A DNA stretch of 64,000 nt from Octopus sinensis (GCF_006345805.1 NC_043000.1:55800001-55864000); one strand, 5' to 3'. Shown: positions 13,160 to 25,125, counted from the first letter of the stretch. The notes: generated from the sequence alone by a model not told the origin. Numbers and translations: made by a program.

Positions 13160-13698
13160 CAATACTGACATATCTCTATCATTACCCTTCATTTAATTTA
13201 ATTTTATTTTTATTCTTATTTTACCCTTTTACCCTATATTATTTTTATTCCTTTCTCCGGTCTCTTTCTCCTCTCTGTCACACACCCGTTTATGATATCT
13301 CTATCATTACATTTACGTTTATTTTATTTTATTTTCTTATTCTTATTTTTACTCTTTTACCCTATCTTATTTTTATTTATTTCTCCTTTCTCTCTCTCTC
13401 CTCTTTCTTTCTCTTCTCTCTCTCTCTTGTATACACCCACTCACAAAACCCATTTATGTCTATCTTACTTCCTCGCTTTATATGCACATTTACAATATCT
13501 TATTCCTTATAAACTGTGAATTTTATTCCTTGTAATCTGTAAATTTCCATTGTCTAAAATATTCCCACTTTGTCTCTGATGACGAAATACTCAGTGCGTG
13601 GACATACTAACCTACCTCTTGGGTTATCCCAGAAACGGCTGTAAGACTTCAAATTCAGCTTACCCTTATTAAATAATTCTAAATGATTTGAGATACTC
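13160..13698 (+). repeat. Interspersed repeat (partner of 10588-11230) carrying a hammerhead-like motif
   Basis: See the 10588 feature; identity is visible over two blocks. Confidence 0.7.
13572..13647 (+). ncRNA. Hammerhead-like motif with degenerate long stem II
   Basis: GUCU-CUGAUGA-(49 nt, imperfect stem ending GGGUUAUCCCA)-GAAAC-GGCU-GU-A|AGAC. Stem I GUCU/AGAC is perfect; stem II is poorly paired. Confidence 0.4.
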
Positions 13699-14004
13699 GT
13701 TTGGAATTTTATTTTAATTCTCTCGCAAGAAGGCCTAGTTGACGATGTGTCCTGTCTTGCCTTCGAAACACGCCTGAGTTAACTAGCGACAGCTGATGAC
13801 GGTGGATTTTTCCTTGTGTGGCATGTCCTGTACTTGTTTTCTTGTTGTAAAATTTTTGTTTTTCCAGTTTCTACGTCCTATTGTGGTGTCCTGTACTTAC
13901 GTATATTTATTTATATATGCATGTATATATACATGTAGATGTAGGTACGTACATATATGTTTGTATGTATGCATATATTTTTATTTATTACACACACATA
14001 TATA

Positions 14005-14035
<31 letters not shown>

Positions 14036-14036
<1 letters not shown>

Positions 14037-14190
14037 GACTGGCTTCTTTAATTTCCGTGTACCAAATTCACTCAAAATGTTTTGTCGTCCGGAGCTAGAG
14101 TAGAAGACACTTGCCCAAGGTACAGCTCAGTGGGACTGAACCCAAGACTACATGGTTAATAAGAAAGCTTTTTAACCATACAGTCACGTC
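14036..14190 (-). mobile_element. SINE family B, head-proximal part
   Basis: AGTAGAAGACACTTGCCCAAGGT...GTGGGACTGAACCC block shared with other B copies. Confidence 0.7.
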
Positions 14191-14479
14191 TATGCCTATA
14201 TATAGTCAGTTATATGATTTTGATATAAATCAATTCAGTGCCATCGAAGATTCTGTCATGAGTACACAAGTATACAGCTCCGACATAGTCATAATATTAT
14301 TCAACCATACAATCCAGATATCACAACGATATTTTGCAAGAATTGTATATAAGACAAACCCATAATCTCCAAGGTCACAAAGGAGTCCTTGTATAGAAAG
14401 AAAACCAGAGATATAAAAATCAATTCCACTATAGTATGATAAAAACTAGAGTACGATAATTCACCTAATGGTTAGTGTG

Positions 14480-14698
14480 GCAAAAACGTTAGCACGCCGG
14501 GCGAAATGTGTAGCCGTATTTCGTCTGCCGTTACGTTCTGAGTTCAAATTCCGCCGAGGTCGACTTTGTGTTTCAATTTCGGGGTCGATAAATTAAGTAC
14601 ACCAGTTACGCACTGTGGTCGATGTAATCGACTTAATCCGTTTGTCTGTCCTTGTTTGTCCCCTCTGTGTTTAGCCCCATTTGGATAGTAAAGAAACA
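14480..14698 (+). mobile_element. SINE family A monomer with 10-bp target-site duplication
   Basis: GGTTAGTGTG flanks both sides (14470-14479 and 14699-14708). It has the B-box-like GAGTTCAAATTCC and the body GCCGAGGTCGACTTTG...GGGGTCGAT. Confidence 0.9.
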
Positions 14699-15186
14699 GG
14701 TTAGTGTGTTGAATTCATGATCATAAGATTCCGATTTCTATATGTACCACAGAATCCTGGAAACTAGCCTTAAGTACCTAAGGCTCGGGAAGAAATTTTG
14801 ATCCTTTTTTGGTGGGTGAGAAAATTACAAAAAGGAAGAATCATACTCTATTAGCTGAGATAAACAATGAAGGGCCTCAGTCTATCTTGCTAGAAATATT
14901 GGCCAACTTTTGCCATCTTAAACGGTAAAAGGAACATTGTGTAATGTAGTTCAAAATATGAGATCTGAGATTAAGACAAATGGGCTGCCTTTCATCTGAG
15001 GTTTGCTTAATTAGAACAGTAAAAGGAAAAGAACAATGAACACTATAACGTGAGCATAGAAACAGATTTCGAATAGAATCGCACACAACCCAAAAAATAA
15101 ATTAACATTTTCGTATTGGTGTGTGTGTATGTGTTTAGCTTTATAAACGCTCAAATACATATATATATAGATATGTATTTACAGTT

Positions 15187-15371
15187 CTATATTTAAGAGA
15201 TGATGAATTATGTACATTATTTACATTATTTTCAATTGGCGGATATTTGTCCTCTTCTTGTTTATTGTTAACACAACTTTTCGGCTGATATACCCTCCAG
15301 ACTTCATTAGGTGTCCTGGGGAAATTTCGAACCTGGGTTCTCCTTCCTAAGGTATTTTTCGGTGCTGCTGC

Positions 15372-15408
<37 letters not shown>

Positions 15409-15411
15409 CTT

Positions 15412-15472
<61 letters not shown>

Positions 15473-15491
15473 CCATCACCATCACCATCAC

Positions 15492-15522
<31 letters not shown>

Positions 15523-15809
15523 TTCATCATCATCATCATCATTATTATTATTATCATTATTATTTATAATAGACAGAGAACATCACTGAAAAATACGAAA
15601 ACTAAAAGAAGCAGCACCTATGCCGGGACACAACAATCTCCTAAGCAGACCGAGTGCAGATATGAACAGCATATGGGAACCGGTATGAAGGATGGATAGG
15701 AGAATATTAGATTTATAAGCCCTAAACTTCACTCCATAATTGCCCACGGGGATATGGCGTAGTGGTTAACGCGGGCTATTAATCCTAAGATTACGAGTTC
15801 CATAATAAA

Positions 15810-15873
<64 letters not shown>

Positions 15874-16010
15874 TCGAAAAATACCTTAGGAATACCCAGG
15901 TTTGAAATAGCCAGGTTCGAAATTTCCCCAAGACACTTGATGAAGGCGAAAGGTTGTGTTAACAACAAGAAAGTTGAGGACAAATATCCGTCAATTGTAA
16001 ATAATGTAGA
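15187..16010. mobile_element. tRNA-head/(AAT)n/hammerhead-tail element, inverted pair (locus 2)
   Basis: A minus-strand tail copy lies at 15187-15365. The plus-strand copy has an A-box TGGCGTAGTGG (15755-15765), (AAT)n and a tail at 15870-16010. Both hammerheads are mutated. Confidence 0.7.
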
Positions 16011-16233
16011 TATGTATTTGTAAGTATGTACGTATGTATGTGTATTTGTACGTATATATGTGTGTGTGTGAGTGTTTATGTGTGTGTGTGAGTGTTTATG
16101 TGTGTGTATGTATGAATTAAAATATTGAAATGTTAGTAGTTGTGGTGATGGCCATCCTTGCTAGTTATTCTGAAGGTCAGCCGTTAGTTATTAACAATAG
16201 CTTTGTCATTGATGGGGACTTTTTGTAAATAAT

Positions 16234-16249
16234 GTGGTGGTGGTGGTGG

Positions 16250-16280
<31 letters not shown>

Positions 16281-16360
16281 GGTGCTGGTGCTGGTGCTGG
16301 TGCTGGTGGTGCTGGTGCTGGTGGTGCTGGTGCTGGTGCTGGTGGTGCTGGTGGTGGTAG
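16234..16360. repeat. (GGT)n/(GCT) compound microsatellite
   Basis: Directly visible; it explains the poly-Pro/Ala ORF 16184-16399. Confidence 0.9.
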
Positions 16361-17164
16361 CAGTGACAATGGCGAAAGTAGTTTTAGCGTTGATCGCACT
16401 TTAAGTGTTGGATTTTGACAGCCTGATGAGTAAGGGGAAATAGCTTTGGCTTGAACGTGTGATGTTTTTATGTGAATGAGTCTGAGTGTATTGTCTTAAA
16501 GATCGCAAGTCTAATTACATCCCAAACAAACTGTCACAACCACTTTAGCAAACATAGCGGCTTCAGAGGCAGAACTGATGGGATTATTGCTTAGACAAAG
16601 AGAGAAGAGAACGAGAGACGAGTGTAATTTAATAAAACGGACAAATTTCCATCTCAATGTAATAACAAATGTTTTCTCCCTTTCAAAGGAAATGTTGCAT
16701 GTCGTAGCAGTAACGTCAAGACTACATTTAAAAAGTAGTGCACTTACACAAATATAATGCATTTCTATGATTTCTTACATAAAATGCATGTTTATGTCAT
16801 TAAAATCAATGAATAAAAACAGAATTTTTCTAAATATTGTACATTTTTCTAGTGTTTATTGCTTTTTAAACAAATATAATTAAAGAAAAATCATAATAAA
16901 CGCAAAGTATCCTTTAAGTATGTATTTGTTTTTCTCGGCGTGCATAAACGCAAACACACACACATACACACACATTCACACACACATACACACGTGTATG
17001 CGTGTATAGTGTGTGTGTGTGTGTGCGTGTGTATGTGTGTGTGTGTGCGTGTGTGTGTGTGCGTGTGTGTGTGTGCGTGTGTGTGTAGTGTGTGAGTGTG
17101 TGTGAGAGAGAAATGTTTAGGTTGATATATGTATAATGATGTTTATATCTTTATTTATGAATTA

Positions 17165-17207
<43 letters not shown>

Positions 17208-17394
17208 CATACATATATATGTGTGTGTGTGTGCGTATATAGATATGTCGATATTTGTGATTGTGTATAGCATGCGCTAAATTATCTCGTGTGTACACGG
17301 ACATATGCGTATATATGGAGATATGTTTATGCCCGTTCATGCAGTATATACACACATTCGTATATGCTTGAACATGTGTTTGCTTATGCATGCA

Positions 17395-17590
17395 TGTATG
17401 TACGCATGTATGTATGTATGTATGTATGTATGTATGTATGTATGTATGTAGTATGTATGTATGTATGTATGTGTGTGTGTATGAATGTATGTATGTATGT
17501 ATGTATGTATGTATGTATGTATGCATGTACGTGTGTATGTGCAGATGGGTAGGTACGTACGTATGTATGTATGTATGTATGTATGTACGT
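17395..17590. repeat. (TATG)n microsatellite
   Basis: Directly visible. Confidence 0.95.
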
Positions 17591-19454
17591 GGAAAACAGG
17601 CCTGGAAAACGATTATTTTCTCGTTCAAAAAGCATTTTGTGCAATCGACTTTCTGGTGAACATTTTATCATTTTAGACTCATAGATGAATGCAGTTGTCA
17701 AGCTTTACGTATGAGGAAGTCATACTGCTTACTCAAAGATCGTTATAAAAGTCATCACACATTTGTAATACATATGTTTCGATAGACCACATTTACGGAT
17801 TTTCGCCGAAGATCTTTTTAAAACAGTACTATGAATCTATGCATGTATAAACGTCTTAATATTTATAAAGAAAAAGACAGAGAGTGAGAGTGAAAAAGGA
17901 AAAAAATGCGTAAATAGGAAATTTTTTTAATAGAAAAATGTAACAAAACGCCTATGTACATGTGTGTATGCGAGCGTGTGTGCATGTGTGTATTGCTTAC
18001 GTCTATGCGTGTGTGCGTGAATTCATATCTAATCAAATCCATAATCATTGATTGAATGGTGCAGGGTTCATATCCGACAAAAAGATCAAGTCACCTAAGC
18101 TTTGATGACTTCACCCAAAACGCTCTGGAAAATGTAGGTCTTTTATGCATGGAAAATACAAGAATTGGTAGTATCGCAAGTGAGATTTCCTTCATTTGGT
18201 ACGCTTTGTTTATTCTTTAACCCTGATCAGCCGTCAACGAGCACATTGTTTATTAAAGATGTATCAGTGATGACTCGTTTGGTTAATGATATTCAAATCT
18301 ATGTTATCTGGCGCATCATTCCTTTATTTCACAACAGAGTGTTAATTCAGGGAGATTTAATAGCTATTTTAGCAAGCCATACTACCACATACAATTTTTC
18401 TCATTAGGTCTTTTACCAACAGCCAACAAGTAAGTGAACCAGAGAAAGACATACAATAAAACAACGCAAGTCCTGCATTCAATTTAAACACAACACTTAT
18501 GGTAAGAAAGTTCGGATAGATGAACTACTTGACTATCCTGTCTTTGCTAGCTTGCAATATTGCAAACAGCTGCAATATTTATGATGTTCCCGTGGCTTGA
18601 GTTAACGAAATTAAAGTTCCTCTGCTGGATTACGCTTGAAGTGTAATATGCTCCGACAGGTTAAGATGACTTAGATAGTCGAGTCACTCAAGTTGTGCCA
18701 TGATATGTCAAAAGCTTATAGAACTCTTTTTATACTTAACAAAGGCGTGTCATTATTTACAGGAATTCTTTACCAAAGTAAAATTCCATATGCTTCAGTT
18801 TTAAATTGTTAATATATAACGGGTTAAAATGTATAGTAGTTAATTAAGTTATATCTTCATTTTGAGACTAAATTAACATGTCATTGATTAATAATATAAA
18901 AATTGCTAACGTTTCTTAAGAGCTAAATTAATTCGTTGTTAAATTATTTATTCTTATTCAAATAGTAATGCTCGTGTAATTTAAATCTAGAAACAAGCTA
19001 TGATTTTAACCTCCATCTAAAGTAAAGATCTTCAACCTATTGTAGCTCTGCACAGCTTTCTTGAGAACAACATTTTATAAAAGACCGTGCTTCTTGTTTT
19101 TCAAAATGAAACAGTTATTTCAATCAAGCATAAGTTAATTTAGCAGAGGAGTTTATTATTTATATTTTCTTATGGCATCTCTTCCACTATGTTCCTCTCC
19201 TGTGTTAAGTTTTGGTGAAAATCATTAAATAAACCAAAGACTCAGAGATCGAAAATATATTACACCATCGAAATTCGTCATAACAAACTCACTGATAACT
19301 CAACGAGAAGGGCTTTCGTTTATATTTTTGAAGCATAAGTATTTTTATTTCTAATAAAAGTTACGACTACAGTAAAGATTCACCACCGATAACACTCTTT
19401 GAGCTCACAACACTTGCAAGGGGGCGCTAGTATCTGAATTAAAAAATGCAAGTG

Positions 19455-19935
19455 TAAAGAAGGTGGTGAGCTGGCAAAATCGTAAGCACCCAGGGAAATA
19501 TGCTTAGCAGCATTTTGTCCATTTTTACCTTCTGATTTCAAGTTGCGCCGACGTCGATTTCCATTTCATCTTTTCGAGGTCGATAAAATAAGTACCAGTT
19601 GAACACTGGAGTCGGTGTAATTGGGAGCTCCTCCTCTGAAATAACTGGTCCTGTACCAAAATTTAAGAGCAAAAAATTACATATTAATACCTACGAGGAG
19701 ACATCTATATATTGATATAGGTTTCAAATTTTGGCATAAGGCCAGCATGCTCGGTGAGAGGGGGATAAGTCAATTACATCGATCCCAGTACTCAATTCGT
19801 ACTTATTTAATCGACCCCGAAAGCATGAAAGGCAAAGTCGACCCCGGCGGAATTTGAACTCAGAACATAAAAATGAACGAAATGCCGAAAAGCATTTTGC
19901 CCGATATGCTTAACGATTATGCCATGTCGCTGCCT
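19455..19935. mobile_element. Two diverged SINE family A copies, tail-to-tail inverted
   Basis: The plus copy is at about 19455-19675 (GGTGAGCTGGCA...GTCGATAAAATAAGTACCAGTT). The minus copy is at about 19720-19935 (TCGACCCCGAAAGCATGAAAGGCAAAGTCGACC). Confidence 0.75.
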
Positions 19936-20377
19936 TTATATATATATATACACCCCACATACACACATACATATATACTTGAAAACATATAGGAAAACTG
20001 TTGATGACTCATTTATTCAGTCAAGTTTAATGTATGCTTCACAACATCAAATTTTTAACTAGAAATATATTTCTGTATGAGTCAGTCTATTAAGGCTTTG
20101 AGTGGAGCAGTTTCTTAAAAATTGCTGCTATTTCCCAATGTTCAAACCCGTGGATATATTACTATTATCAATTATCAATTAAAAATGTCATCATTAATAT
20201 TGACATTTACAGATCTATACGCATGCAAGCACTTATACTAATATAACTGTGAGTGGAGGCTACCTTGAAAGTCAATTAAGTGGCTTCAGTAGACGATACT
20301 GTCGTTTGAATAGGACAAATCAACTCACAAGCAGTATTAAACTACAATAATATATTAGAGAACGAAAGAAATAAAGG

Positions 20378-20464
<87 letters not shown>

Positions 20465-20899
20465 CAGACGGACAGACAGACAGACAAACAGACAGGCGGA
20501 TATACAAACTGATGGATAGATATTAATATGAAAGATAAACTCGAACAAAAAACCTTACGGGAAAAATTATCATTCACTACATTCAATAAAAGACGAAATT
20601 AACGAAAAGAGGATGGAAAAAATAGCATGCTGGTAGGCAAAGTAAGACATTACTTTACATTAACAACAAAAAAAAGAGCGAAAACTCAAAATGAAAGGAA
20701 ACTAAAATAAAGTTAAGAGGGGACAACATATTTCGTAATTGGTATCTTTAAATTATCTTTTTCCCCTCGTTTCCCTCTTTTCTATCGTTATCTCTTTCAA
20801 TGTTAACGTTCCTTGTTCCACAATAAAAGCTAGCTACTTTGTAAATATAATTACTTCAAACATAATTTGAAATTACATGCATAATTATTTTCGTTTTTA

Positions 20900-20992
20900 T
20901 TGAAGAAGAAGAAGAAGAAGAAGAAGAAGAAGAAGAAGAAGAAGAAGAAAGAAGAAGAAGAAGAAGAAGAGAAGAAGAAGAAGAAGAAGAAG

Positions 20993-21026
<34 letters not shown>

Positions 21027-21175
21027 TCGAGAAATACCTTAGGAATAAGAACGCAAGTTCGAAATTTCCCCAAGACACCTGATGAACGCTGGAGAGTATA
21101 TCAGCCGAAACGTTGTGTTAACAACAAACAAGATGAGGACAAAAATCCGTAAAATGTAAATAATGTAAATAATTA
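20900..21175 (+). mobile_element. Headless copy of the hammerhead-tail element (locus 3)
   Basis: (AAG)n(AAC)n is followed by ACATCGAGAAATACCTTAGGAAT...GTTCGAAATTTCCCCAAGACACCTGATGA...GAGGACAAAAATCCGT, the same tail as at 11.7 and 15.9 kb. Confidence 0.75.
21074..21119 (+). ncRNA. Minimal type I hammerhead ribozyme-like motif
   Basis: GACAC-CUGAUGA-A-CGCUG(10 nt)CAGCC-GAAAC-GU-U|GUGUU. Stem I is fully paired; the first stem II pair is broken (C.C). Confidence 0.55.
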
Positions 21176-21180
21176 TTGTT

Positions 21181-21295
21181 TGTAAGCCTAGTACTTATTC
21201 TATTGGTCTCTTTTGCAGATCTGTTAACTTACGGACACATAAATACACTATCATCGGTGGTCAAGTGATGGTGGGCAGACAAACACAATATATAT

Positions 21296-21339
<44 letters not shown>

Positions 21340-21492
21340 GACGAGTTTCTTTCAGTTTCCGTCTACCAAATCCACTCACAAGGCTTTGGTCGGCCCAAAG
21401 CTATATCAGAAGACAATTGCCCAAGGTGCCACGCAGTGGGACTGAACCTAGAACCCTGTGGTTGAGAATCTAGCTTCTTATCATACAGCCAT
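21181..21492 (-). mobile_element. SINE family B
   Basis: Tail block, microsatellite and a tRNA-like head (rc of GGCTGTATGATAAGAAGCTAG...GGTTCAGTCCC) are present. Confidence 0.8.
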
Positions 21493-21503
21493 ACCTATCT
21501 ATC

Positions 21504-21536
<33 letters not shown>

Positions 21537-21574
21537 ATGTTTATTTATTTATAAGCAAATTTGCTGCTGAAAAT

Positions 21575-22700
21575 GCATCTAAATTTGAAAAGCTTGTAAT
21601 TGCTTTTCAATTTCAAGGAGAACACTTCTAGACAAAAATCGGGCACGGCGATGGGAACGAGGGTAGCCCCTACTTTTGCCAACCTTGCCATGGCATACAT
21701 GGAAGTCCAAATATATGAGCAAGCAAATCCAGGAACACACGACTAGGAAAATTCTTGTAAGCAAACACTTAGATCAATGCCTCGTAGACATAAACCCGAA
21801 ATACAAAATCTTCCCTCTCTATCAACGCCCCGAAAACACTTAACCCAATTCCGCTTAAATAAGGAAAACGTACTCATTAAAAATATAATCTGCAGCTGAA
21901 TATCCTTTAGAAAGAAAAAGCACCGAAGAGAAAAAAGACTCAAGTTCTCCACCAAAAACAACCAGGAGCTACAAACAATTTTAAAAACTTAAGTAACAGT
22001 CTTACACCTGGGTTTCGAAACCGCAATTCCAAATCACCATACAAACACTAGTCACCTATCTCTATACCAATGAAATTTTACAAACGCCAGTTGTAAATCA
22101 AAACCGCACTTCAGCAAATACAAGATGACTCTTTAAGAGAATCAACCAACCGGAACGACATGTGACCGTACACCACAGGGCCGCCAACAAGGCAGAACGA
22201 CAAAGTTGAACACCGGAAAAAGAACACGTCAACAGTACTTTTCCGCTCCCGGAAAAAATTATAAATACACCGGATTCCAAAGCACACCACTACGAGCGAA
22301 CGTTCCTACACACGACGGAAAGAGGATCAGAGAAATTGTAAACCAAATCCCTTTTCTTACTATCTTCATTTCTCCCTTGTTTATTTCCTTCTTAACTCAG
22401 AATGACTTAAACTTTGATGATATTCATTTCTTGTCGATCTCTACTAACACTACTGAGCTTTGTACATTTAAACAAATTGATGCAAAGTTTTAATATGAAC
22501 GTTTAAACTTATAAACATTGAAATTTCTAAACATGTCTTACTAATTCATAATTCTAAATTTGCCTGTTATGAATATTTCAATTTGTCAACATCGAAACTT
22601 TTAAAGATGCTTTTCAAATTTATAATTCAAATTTTTACCATTGATAAACAAAAAATATTGTTGAACTAGTTTGGTATATATGTAAATAAATTTGATTTAT
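21575..22700 (+). mobile_element. Penelope-like retroelement relic (RT + probable GIY-YIG remnants)
   Basis: About 21640-21730 reads KSGTAMGTRVAPTFANLAMAYMEVQIYEQ, a PLE RT motif of the GTAMGT..AP.YANLFM type. About 22250-22360 reads NYKYTGFQSTPLRANVPTH, resembling the YIG.T..L..R...H motif. Many frameshifts. A decayed hammerhead lies at 22636-22676. Confidence 0.75.
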
Positions 22701-22786
22701 ACAATTACAAGTTTTTCAAATTTAGATGCATTTTTAACAACAAATTTGTCTATTTTTTCCTGCGAGGAAATATACCCCCTCTTTTG

Positions 22787-22830
<44 letters not shown>

Positions 22831-22904
22831 TATTATATTATATATATATATATATATATAGATCAATAAATGGTGGGGTTGTGTTGACCGCACGTGGAGA
22901 AATG

Positions 22905-23040
22905 ATAAGCAAGGAAAAATTGTAAAAATGCAGAATGCTCGATTGAAAGAAAATTTTAATGAAATGAGAAAATGAAAAAATCTCATTTCATTAAAATTTT
23001 CTTTCAATCGAGCATTCTGCATTTTTACAATTTTTCCTTG

Positions 23041-23045
<5 letters not shown>
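22905..23045. repeat. Perfect inverted repeat, 65-bp arms with 11-nt spacer
   Basis: 22905-22969 is the exact reverse complement of 22981-23045, checked base by base. Confidence 0.97.
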
Positions 23046-23097
<52 letters not shown>

Positions 23098-23129
23098 GTT
23101 TATTAATTCGTTTTGCAAGATTCTTGATT

Positions 23130-25125
23130 TGAAATCGTGTGTTGAAACAGATATTCTTGTATTTCAGGATGGTATTTATTTCTTTTTTGCCAAATAAACA
23201 CACGCACTATATGTTTATTATTCACTTTCGTCACACATCTGTGAGCTCTTCAGTGACTCTTTTCGTTTTCGTGTGTGTTCTTGCTCCACTTACTCCATTC
23301 TCTTCTTCTAAGATATGTATCCTTATGTGCACATGCGTTTGTGTCCTTGTTTGTGTGTATGTATGCGTGAGTGGTGTGTGTGCGTGTGTGTTTGTGTGCG
23401 CGTGTGTGTATGCTTGTGTGTGTGTGTGTGTGTGTCATAGTTTTTAGCACCAATGAGGCCATCTCCTCAGCCCCATTCTCTCACCTCATTGTGCTGCTGC
23501 TGTCCTAAGACCTCAAAAAAAGAAACATTCTCATAAGTGACTTCGTGATACTGATGATGAATGTGTATCGCATGTGCAACCCTATGGAATTAAAAAGGCA
23601 CATACAACACTTCTCTGGTTAAAACCAGAGGGACAGGATTAGAGTGTACAAAGGAGCCAGGACTAAGTCCAAAGCCATCATAGATAGTGATGCTAAAGCG
23701 ATCTGCCCGCTGTACAGGAGTAATTCCTAAAACAGCACAGAAAGGACCAGTAATAATATAAGGCCAACACTTGGTACGACAACAAAAAATACCAGTGTCA
23801 TATCTTTTTAGGAAAACATTAAGTAAGGCTAATCGACAAATTAAAGTAGTAGAGAGGCCTAGTGCCCCTTTAAAACCCTAATCTGCAATACCTGTCCCTT
23901 TGATAAGTCCCCCTGTACGGAGTACAATTGTGTTCTATGTAGGATGAAACCACGGGTTAACTAAGTTTAGAAATATAGTATTAGCTTACGATGTACTGAG
24001 GGACGGTTGTAGAAACATGACAACTATCTACATTGGAGAGACTGCACACAGCATAGGAGACTGTATAGGTGAACATTGGCGAGAGCTCAAAGAAGGGAAA
24101 AGCTCGTTAGTGCTCTACCAACATACTCAGGCAGAACATGGAGGCTCAATTAATAGCATAGAGATTAAAGCACTATTGACACATAGAAGTGACACGACAC
24201 CTAGACAGACCACAAAGGATACACATATAACCGTAGACAGACCGTGCCTAAATAGAAATCACGAATGGAACAGTAACACCCACCATTACACCACATGACT
24301 AAAGACCGAACGGATGAGAAGAGAGAGGGAAAAAATCGTAAATAATACACAGAATCATACAGGATAATGCACACACAATAGACATATATGCATTTACTTG
24401 TGTTACTTATGAGAAATAGAGATAGATGTATAAAAATAAATAAATAGATAAATAGATAAATAAATATATAGAGATATATATTTGTTACATACCTGTGATA
24501 AATATAAAAAAATAGAGAGACATATAATAAATAAATGAAACTATATAAAGGACATAGATACATACAACATACGAAGCGAAGTCATACACACACAAGAAAT
24601 TTCATGGACGGCCATAACAATGCCAACAACACAATTAACAACGACAGCAGCGGCCGTGACAACGATGGCTGTAACAACGACAACTACCACGATGGCAACA
24701 CCGTGGCGAACACACGTACCATATTCCTTTATGGGGGGTTTAAGACAACAGCAGTACAATGGGGTGAGAAGTTGAGGTTGAAGGGAAGGCCACACTACTG
24801 CTAAAAAATGTGACACTCACACAAGCATACACACACATACGCACATACACACGCGCGCGCGCACGCACACACAAAGACATAAACGCATGCGCACATAAGG
24901 ATACACATCTAAGAAGAACAAAATGGTCTAAGTGGATCTAGAACACACAGGAAACGAAAAGTGTCACTGAAGAGGTCACAGATGTGTGAGGAAAGGTTTC
25001 CGGACTATGGACATGAGTTAAAATAATAAAGTAAGAACAGCAATAAACGAGTGAAGAAAAAAATATATTGTGCGTGTGTTTATCTGGCAAAAAATTTTTT
25101 AAATGAACATCCCGAAATACAACAT
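23130..25125 (+). mobile_element. 5'-truncated Penelope-like element flanked by inverted pseudo-LTRs
   Basis: About 23130-23530 and 24720-25125 are diverged reverse complements (e.g. TCACACATCTGTGAGCTCTTCAGTGAC vs GTCACTGAAGAGGTCACAGATGTGTGA). They enclose a GIY-YIG coding remnant. Confidence 0.7.
23825..24298 (+). pseudogene. PLE C-terminus with Cys-rich linker and GIY-YIG endonuclease, disrupted
   Basis: Reads KANRQIKVVERPSAPLK / TLICNTCPFDKSPCTEYNCVLCRMK / TIYIGETAHSIGDCIGEHW...LYQHTQAEHGG...LNRNHEWN across frameshifts and stops. Confidence 0.75.

Noticed and set aside
13735-13800. Possible further hammerhead remnant (UUGACGA...CGAAAC...GAGUUAACUAG)
   Set aside because: Stem II and the UH site cannot be formed in this copy.
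15745-15802. tRNA-like sequence with A and B boxes (and similar heads elsewhere)
   Set aside because: These are truncated or cannot form a cloverleaf, and they are attached to repeat bodies, so they are SINE heads rather than tRNA genes.
16418-16455. CTGATGA...GAAA spacing like a hammerhead
   Set aside because: The intervening GTAAGGG cannot form stem II.
19414-19430. CTCF-like AGGGGGCGCTAG
   Set aside because: Only the 3' half matches the consensus, it is a single occurrence, and there is no supporting context.
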